From IMG/VR virus record IMGVR_UViG_3300029258_002856: 64,000 bases of DNA; one strand, given 5' to 3'. This document shows, piece by piece, positions 58,229 through 64,000 of this stretch. How positions within the stretch are numbered: the first letter of the stretch is position 1; each line of letters opens with the position of its first letter. Source of the DNA: a virus. The notes under the pieces were generated by a model. It was not told the origin of the DNA and did no database searches. It was given only the letters and a program-made list of their open reading frames with translations. The position numbers were made by a program, and so were the translations under genes.

Positions 58229-59384
58229 GTTCCCACATTTTCATCGCAGCGTCGAAGTTCTCGCGGAGTCGCGCACCTCGCTCGGGGTTAACTTGCATGG
58301 CGTAGTTCACTTTACCGCGGAGCCAGTCTTGTAATTGCGCCGGAGACTCCTTCCCGGCCCGGAGGTACTGAGTATCGAAACCATGCGCCAGGCAGTTATA
58401 GGTCAGGGAGCGCAAGGAAATGTACTCTTCTCGGGGGATGTTGGGGTGCCGGTTAAATACGATGCCCAATAGTTGCTTTCGATAATAGCTGCTGGAGATT
58501 CGGGTTTTGCGTTTGTTTACGGCGTAACCGGCTCGGTGGCAGATGTTCATTAGCTTGGCGACGATTTTCCGCTTCTCGGTGAGCGGGAGGTTCTCCCCGC
58601 ACGTGAAGGCGAGGTCGTCGGCGTAGCGGGTGTAGGTCCAACGCCATTCGCCCGCGAGACCCATCTGGATGTTCAGCTCATCTAAGTAGTCGAGGATGGG
58701 ACGGTCGAGAATCCAATCGGCAATGAGGTTACAGATGGCACCGGACGCAGGACTCCCCTGTGGGACTCCAGAGTAGAACTGCTTCTCGTCTTCCCGCTGA
58801 TGCGTGGTTCCGTATCGTCGGTTGGGGATGTCGGACACCGTGAGGAGGTTCGCCATCAGGTCAGACACGAAATGGTTGTAGCCGATGACCTCGTTGAAGT
58901 AGCGACGAATCCAAGAGCGCCGCGTGCTGTGAAAGAAGTCTCGAAGGTCGAGGTTGATGTACGTGCCTTTGCGGGGGCACTTGTGCGTAGGTGCTGTTTC
59001 GCTGACGGGCAGTGCGTCGCAGATGGAGCACTGCGGGACGTGAGCACTGACGGCCATCCGGGTGGAAATACCTCGTCGGTACGCGGTAACGTGCTCGCCG
59101 AGGTCTCTCTGCAACGGCACCAGTATCTTGGTGTGGAACTGTCGCAGCATCACCTTCATGAGCGGGCTCGGGGCGTGGATTATGCGCTTCTGCCCATTCT
59201 TCTTTGGGATGTAGTAGACGTGATATTGCTCCTTTTTCTGCGTAATGACGTACCACAGTACCTTGTTGCGAAATCCCAGGAGGAAGGCGAGGCCGCAATC
59301 GTCGAAGATTGCGTGCGCTCGCTCTCCCATCACATCGGGGACCTGGATTTCATCTACGGAAGTGAACCTGAAGCCGTAGGACAT
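58194..59384 (-). CDS. Retron-type reverse transcriptase (atypical motifs, Zn-finger-like insertion)
   Basis: YYIPKKNGQKRIIHAP, LDLRDFFHS, GVPQGSPASG, YTRYADDLAF, KTRI...QLLG; region X AVSAH; VTG replaced by LLG. Confidence 0.9.
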   Translation of the reverse strand: MSYGFRFTSVDEIQVPDVMGERAHAIFDDCGLAFLLGFRNKVLWYVITQKKEQYHVYYIPKKNGQKRIIHAPSPLMKVMLRQFHTKILVPLQRDLGEHVTAYRRGISTRMAVSAHVPQCSICDALPVSETAPTHKCPRKGTYINLDLRDFFHSTRRSWIRRYFNEVIGYNHFVSDLMANLLTVSDIPNRRYGTTHQREDEKQFYSGVPQGSPASGAICNLIADWILDRPILDYLDELNIQMGLAGEWRWTYTRYADDLAFTCGENLPLTEKRKIVAKLMNICHRAGYAVNKRKTRISSSYYRKQLLGIVFNRHPNIPREEYISLRSLTYNCLAHGFDTQYLRAGKESPAQLQDWLRGKVNYAMQVNPERGARLRENFDAAMKMWEHDSQIASVQIA

Positions 59385-59388
59385 GAGG

Positions 59389-60021
59389 CTATCCTCCTAC
59401 TTCCTCGGAAGACTGTTTCTCGCTGCGGGCGTTGTAGCTGTCGTACGGCAATTCCGTATCGACGTTCTTCAGGCAGAGCTGTGTCCCCGGACGACACTTG
59501 CCTTCGTAGTAGTCCATGATGTTGGTGCACACCGCACAAAAGAGTCCGATTTCTCGAGTCGGAGTGAACAACGTCACCTGGGGCATGTTGATCTCTTTGT
59601 CGATATTGCGAAATACTGCCTGAGACTGCACATACCCGACAAACGAATTGATGGCTTCACGGTCCTTGTAGCGCCCTCGAACGTGCGTGGGCACGACAAT
59701 CATCCACTCGTTGAGGTCTGTCAGCCATGAGATGTATCCTCCTGCCGAGACGACGATGTACTCGAAGAGGTTGTCGTTCCGGAGCTGACTGATGGTTCGG
59801 GTTTTGTCCACACGCACGTTTTTGATGGCCTGGCGCAAATCCTCGTCCAGCGGCAGCATGAAGAAGTAGCGAAACATCTTCTGTGCCAATGGGAGGTCGT
59901 TACGTTTCATCAGGTAGAAGCGGTCGTAGGGGAAGTAGAGATAGGGGGTCTTCGTCCCCAACTCTTCATTCCCCTGAACCTGCCGCTGGCAAAGTTTTAC
60001 GCAGTAAATTGTTTTGGGCAT
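59389..60021 (-). CDS. Cys-motif hypothetical protein, RT operon partner
   Basis: 210 aa; 4 nt before the RT start; C-terminal CAVC-x10-C-x6-C. Confidence 0.7.
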   Translation of the reverse strand: MPKTIYCVKLCQRQVQGNEELGTKTPYLYFPYDRFYLMKRNDLPLAQKMFRYFFMLPLDEDLRQAIKNVRVDKTRTISQLRNDNLFEYIVVSAGGYISWLTDLNEWMIVVPTHVRGRYKDREAINSFVGYVQSQAVFRNIDKEINMPQVTLFTPTREIGLFCAVCTNIMDYYEGKCRPGTQLCLKNVDTELPYDSYNARSEKQSSEEVGG

Positions 60022-60023
60022 TG

Positions 60024-61601
60024 TTATCCCTTGATACGGAGTACCCGCTGCATCTCGGGGGTCTCAGCGCCGTTGCTGGTGAGCGCCCAGATGAGCGGTA
60101 CGGGTGGTTCGTAGTCCGGAATCGGACCGGCGGGGCTCTGGACTGGCGCGTAACCGTCGGTGAGCATCACCACCAGGTCAGCGTTGGGAATGCCCTCCGT
60201 GATGCGCTCAGCTCCCTCGAGCCAGTCTGAGTCTTCGTCTTTGCCCATGACGCGCTTGAGCGCGGGCTTGAAACACGTACCGCCATAGCCGTAGCGATAC
60301 GCTCGATTGCTGGCGAACTCCTCGCTGTCCTCGTCCAAGAGTGCTTCGTGCTGGATGGCGTGGTCGAAGGCGATGAACTGTACGGACACTCCCTGCTCCG
60401 CGTCGAGGATGCCTTTGATTTCCGACATGAATTTGGTGTACTCGTCGTCGGAAACCGAGCCGGAGGTGTCCACGCAGACTGCGATGTGGAAGGTGAAGTC
60501 TCGCTGGTAGTACGGGAAGGGCTCGATACCCTCTCCAGCGAGGTGCATCATGCCGGGGTTTGGCATCACGACGCTCTCCTGGAGCTTCGCGGAAATAGCG
60601 GATTTCATCATGCCGCGGAAGACAATCTCCCACGGGATGGTCGGCTCTTCGAGCAGCCGGTCGATGAGGTGCTGGAGGTGCCCGGGAACGGTGCCCCGGC
60701 TCTTGGCGGTCTGCTCTACTGCGGACTCCACGATGCGCTTCCCGTCGCGCTTGGCTTGCTCGATGGCACGCTCACGCTCCGAGTCGGTCATCTCATCGAA
60801 CTCCTGATTCCAATCCAGGTGTCGCGGGAGCTGCTTGTCGAGCAGGTCACGGAACCAGGACGGTACCCGGGGGTCCTGGGACATGATGTCTCCCGGTCCG
60901 AGCTTGGGGTCAGGGCGATTCTGTTGTTGCTCGTCGCCTTCCCCCTCTCCCTCCCCCGGCTGCGGTTGCTGGCTACCGCCTCCGCCACCTCCACCTCCGC
61001 CACCGCCGCCGGATTGCTGCTGCTCTTCTTCTCCGTCCCCGCCTCCACCTTGGGCGGCTCCCTCGAAGGTACCCTCGCTGTACTCCCCGACGTCGAAGCC
61101 GTTCTTCTGGAGGTCCTCGAGGAGCAACTTGAGGTAGGTCTCCATGTACTGGTCACGGGGGTAGTTGCGACTCTCCGGCCAGCACAGCTTCTTCTCCAGG
61201 TCGGCGAAGTGCGCGGGGTTCTCGGCCAGGAACGGTCGAACCGCTACGTCATTCGCAGCCATGTCCATGGCGATGTTGAATACCGGTTGGAAGCGCCGGA
61301 ACTTTTCGGGGGAGTCGAAGTTGATGCGGTAGCGCATGATGCGTGGGATGTGCTCCAGCACCAGGTGCGCTGCCTCGTGAACCACGACCAGAATCTGCGA
61401 CTCCCGAGGTAGAGAGCCGAACCAATCTGGGTCGTAGATGAAAAGGTACTTCCCTTGTGGCGTGATGGAGACCGCAGCGGTCTGTAGGCCGCGTGCTACG
61501 ATTCGGGAGCACCCGTTGAGAATCCGGCCGTAGAAGTTATTTCCGCCGCGTGGACTGCATGCCCATTGCAGCACTTCGCTCAGTGCATTTCCCTCACCCA
61601 T
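60024..61601 (-). CDS. VWA-domain protein with an N-terminal HExxH metallopeptidase (DUF2201-like)
   Basis: VVHEAAH, DMAAND, Gly/Gln linker, MIDAS DTSGS, LTDG; start at ATG 61601 with AAGGAGG SD. Confidence 0.85.
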   Translation of the reverse strand: MGEGNALSEVLQWACSPRGGNNFYGRILNGCSRIVARGLQTAAVSITPQGKYLFIYDPDWFGSLPRESQILVVVHEAAHLVLEHIPRIMRYRINFDSPEKFRRFQPVFNIAMDMAANDVAVRPFLAENPAHFADLEKKLCWPESRNYPRDQYMETYLKLLLEDLQKNGFDVGEYSEGTFEGAAQGGGGDGEEEQQQSGGGGGGGGGGGGSQQPQPGEGEGEGDEQQQNRPDPKLGPGDIMSQDPRVPSWFRDLLDKQLPRHLDWNQEFDEMTDSERERAIEQAKRDGKRIVESAVEQTAKSRGTVPGHLQHLIDRLLEEPTIPWEIVFRGMMKSAISAKLQESVVMPNPGMMHLAGEGIEPFPYYQRDFTFHIAVCVDTSGSVSDDEYTKFMSEIKGILDAEQGVSVQFIAFDHAIQHEALLDEDSEEFASNRAYRYGYGGTCFKPALKRVMGKDEDSDWLEGAERITEGIPNADLVVMLTDGYAPVQSPAGPIPDYEPPVPLIWALTSNGAETPEMQRVLRIKG

Positions 61602-61607
61602 AATGTG

Positions 61608-61636
61608 TTGCCTCCTTTTTGACGTCTGTCTATAAT
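61608..61636 (+). promoter_or_regulatory. Sigma70-like promoter TTGCCT-N17-TATAAT
   Basis: Near-consensus hexamers with exact 17-nt spacing upstream of ATG 61673. Confidence 0.6.
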
Positions 61637-61672
61637 TCAGTGGGCGTAAACAACAACCCAACTGAGGTAGTG

Positions 61673-62680
61673 ATGAGCGACATTATCGACCAAACGAATG
61701 ATCCGGGATTTTCGGTCCTGCGGACCATCTGCGACCAGTTTCCGCAAGTGCGGGAGATGTCCAAGACCGCTGAGCTCGACCCGGAGGTTCTTGCGGAGCT
61801 TCCGGATGCAGCGTTCGCTTGGCCAGGCCGCCGACAATTCCCGATTCACAACCGGGAGCACACGATTCTGTCTCTCGGTTACCGCAAGCACGCCAGCGCG
61901 GTTCCGGCCGACGTCGATGCGCGGCTGACCAAGGCGGCAGAGGTTTACGGCGTAGTGAACAGCGTTTTTGAAACGCCAATCGCCATCGAGAAACAGGCGT
62001 CTCCGGAGTACTGGCTGATTCCGGAGAAGAAACGGTTCCTGGTGAAAGAAGCCGCCGATGTCCCGGTCGCGGAGAAGGTGGTCCTCGAGCGATTCAAGGA
62101 GCTGCCCTTCGAAGACCGAGCTACCGCTGCTCAGAATCTCGTGAAAGTCGCCCAACACTTCGGTGTTGAACTATCTCCTTCTACCCACAAACTCGCGGGA
62201 TTTACTGTGACCAGCACGCAGATGCTGCGGGACTACATCGGCGCACGCCGAGAGGCGGCCATCAAGCTCGGGTCCACCATCAGCGACGCGTATCGAGAGC
62301 TGGACGTGGGCCTTTCGGGAATGAATCCGTTCTTTTCGGATGCCAAGCAGCAGACGAAAATCGCCAAAACTCTCTATGAGTTGGACCACCAGTCTGGAGT
62401 GGAGAAGCTCTATGGGTCGAAGGTTCCGGACCCCATGCTGTCAGTCTTCAACACCACCAAGATTGCGGCTAGCCAGGTGAACCTCAACGGGGAGCTGTTC
62501 GACAAGATTAAGCTCGCGTCGTTGCCAGCAACCTTCTGGCAAGATGCCCTCGGAGAGGACGTGGCCAAGGAAGTAACCTCGGATGGAGTTGTGGACGCCG
62601 AGAAGTTGGCCCAGGTGTTGAGCACGTTGCCACAAGACCTGAAGACGACCCTCGTGACTCAGCTGACGCCCTACAAGTAG
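61673..62680 (+). CDS. KxA-rich protein with DUF6582-like module(s), putative head-associated protein
   Basis: LAELPDAAFAWPGRRQFPIHNREH; repeated K-x-A sites; GAGGT SD. Confidence 0.55.
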   Translation: MSDIIDQTNDPGFSVLRTICDQFPQVREMSKTAELDPEVLAELPDAAFAWPGRRQFPIHNREHTILSLGYRKHASAVPADVDARLTKAAEVYGVVNSVFETPIAIEKQASPEYWLIPEKKRFLVKEAADVPVAEKVVLERFKELPFEDRATAAQNLVKVAQHFGVELSPSTHKLAGFTVTSTQMLRDYIGARREAAIKLGSTISDAYRELDVGLSGMNPFFSDAKQQTKIAKTLYELDHQSGVEKLYGSKVPDPMLSVFNTTKIAASQVNLNGELFDKIKLASLPATFWQDALGEDVAKEVTSDGVVDAEKLAQVLSTLPQDLKTTLVTQLTPYK

Positions 62681-63460
62681 ATGTACGAGAAATTGGCAGC
62701 ACTCACAGAGAAGATTCCCACGCTCTGTGCCTATCACGAGAAGTCCGCGAGCGAGGAGGAGTACGCTCGGGAGCTGTTGCGCGGTCCCGATGATGACACA
62801 GCAGCGGGTCTCTTCCTGGCGGTGCGCACTCTCTACGGGTTGGACGTTCTTTCTTGGGAGCCAGAGACGCTGTGGGTGACCATGGAGAAGGACGGCTTCG
62901 ACTTACCGGAAGAGGCACGCAACAAGATACAAGCCGCCATCACGCTCATCGTGAACCCCGCTTTCTACTGGGACAGCATCGCGTTTCAACGTACGGTGCA
63001 GGCTTTCAACGATATTCCTTTCGACCCAGAGGCACTTCAGGAACCAGCAGTCGCGCATATGGATTGGGCAGTCTACGAGGCAAAGACGATTCGAGGACTC
63101 GACCCGGACGACCCTGGTAAAGCGCCAGACTTTGACGAGGACGTTCAAATGTTCGTGGCGGTCGTCCTCAAGCGCGCGGGCTTCATCTACCCACCTAAGT
63201 CACTGCGGTTCTCGGAGAGCGCGCTCGATAAACTTTACGCCGTAGACCCCACCGGACTCAAAAAAGAGGTCGCAGCCGCCTGGAAAGCTGTCGACCAGAA
63301 CCGTCTCCAAAACACTGAGTTTTCAGAGAATGCTCTGGGCGTACAGCTTGCCAAGCTGGCTGCTTGTTACCTCTACACCAAGGACCGTGCCGAGAAGCTA
63401 GCCGAAGAGCTAGTCGGGTTCCAGGTGACTAGCGCCTCTTCTTCTTCCGGGATTTCTTGA
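62681..63460 (+). CDS. Hypothetical protein (KxA sites at both ends)
   Basis: 259 aa; starts directly after the upstream TAG. Confidence 0.6.
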   Translation: MYEKLAALTEKIPTLCAYHEKSASEEEYARELLRGPDDDTAAGLFLAVRTLYGLDVLSWEPETLWVTMEKDGFDLPEEARNKIQAAITLIVNPAFYWDSIAFQRTVQAFNDIPFDPEALQEPAVAHMDWAVYEAKTIRGLDPDDPGKAPDFDEDVQMFVAVVLKRAGFIYPPKSLRFSESALDKLYAVDPTGLKKEVAAAWKAVDQNRLQNTEFSENALGVQLAKLAACYLYTKDRAEKLAEELVGFQVTSASSSSGIS

Positions 63461-64000
63461 AGTCGTCGTCCACCGCACGGTGAGACTTATCCAACTTCTT
63501 GTGTGCCGCGACCCACTCATCGAAGGTGTACATCTTCCGCATCAGCGTCTTCAGGTACTCCTCCGCGTTGTTGGATTGTGCCACGCGCTTCATGCTGTTC
63601 ATGATTGCGCCGACGTTCTCCGGCGGCTGGGTATCGATGAACCGTACGAAGTTCTCCGCTACCTCGTCCACCTCGAACTGCTTAGCGAAGAGAATCTCCA
63701 GGACGTTCATGTTGAGGTCCATGAGCGCTTCCTGGTTGGTGTTCTTGACGAGCGTCGCCACCTTCTTGCGCACCTTCCCGTAGTTCCGCAGTACGTCCTC
63801 GGGACTGATGGCCGTCGAGCGGTCACGCAAGAATGCGCTGAGCTGGTTCGTTGCGGTTTCACCGATGGACGCGGCGAAGCGCACGGAGGCGAACGTTCCT
63901 CCGAGGTTCATACCGCTGTTCTCCATCAGGTAAGCGTCGAGCGAAATCGTCTGGATGGTCGCGGGGCACGTGTACTGCTTGTTCTGTTCCCGCGCCTTCT
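63429..64000 (-). CDS. C-terminal part of a probable MoxR-type AAA+ ATPase (5' end outside the window)
   Basis: The frame is open to the window edge (...KAREQNKQYTCPATIQTISLDAYLMENS...). The CPAT..S segment and proximity to a DUF2201/VWA gene suggest its usual ATPase partner; no Walker motif is visible. Confidence 0.45.
   Translation of the reverse strand, partial: KAREQNKQYTCPATIQTISLDAYLMENSGMNLGGTFASVRFAASIGETATNQLSAFLRDRSTAISPEDVLRNYGKVRKKVATLVKNTNQEALMDLNMNVLEILFAKQFEVDEVAENFVRFIDTQPPENVGAIMNSMKRVAQSNNAEEYLKTLMRKMYTFDEWVAAHKKLDKSHRAVDDDFKKSRKKKRR

Noticed and set aside
58194-59384. Diversity-generating retroelement or group II intron RT
   Set aside because: The motifs are retron-type (QGSPAS rather than the DGR-type GNxxSQ). 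There is no maturase/X or endonuclease domain, no Avd gene, and no TR/VR repeat pair with A-specific mismatches was seen.
60975-61050. Low-complexity G/C tract in the VWA gene, and acidic GACGACGAG repeats at ~35590-35620
   Set aside because: These are ordinary in-frame poly-Gly and poly-Asp/Glu linkers.
1-64000. Stop-codon reassignment (alternative genetic code)
   Set aside because: Long conserved genes (nrdJ, dinG, TMP, tail fibre) are uninterrupted in code 11, and TAA, TAG and TGA all end well-packed ORFs.

Overview
This is a 64-kb segment of a large, GC-rich, contractile-tailed (jumbo-like myovirus) bacteriophage genome. Plus-strand blocks encode virion genes: tail-fibre/adhesin proteins, a beta-helix tailspike, tail chaperones, tape measure, an SLT-bearing baseplate hub, an amidase, and gp25/J-like wedge proteins. 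They also carry a sigma-factor-like gene and a family of putative internal-head proteins sharing an 'AExIAxxVLxKxA' motif. Minus-strand blocks encode DNA/nucleotide metabolism (dNMP kinase, DinG helicase, family-4 UDG, class II NrdJ, RuvC) and a four-gene operon: VWA/HExxH peptidase, Cys-rich ORF, retron-type reverse transcriptase, Cys-rich ORF. The window also holds a tmRNA followed by an unidentified highly structured RNA. The most unusual element is a ~425-nt non-coding tract (14529-14952) built of three tandem, structurally homologous but sequence-divergent RNA modules with retron msr-msd-like architecture. The phage's retron-type RT lies 43 kb away and has no adjacent ncRNA. Linking the two is an inference that still needs testing. 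All family assignments come from motif recognition by eye; no database searches were run.
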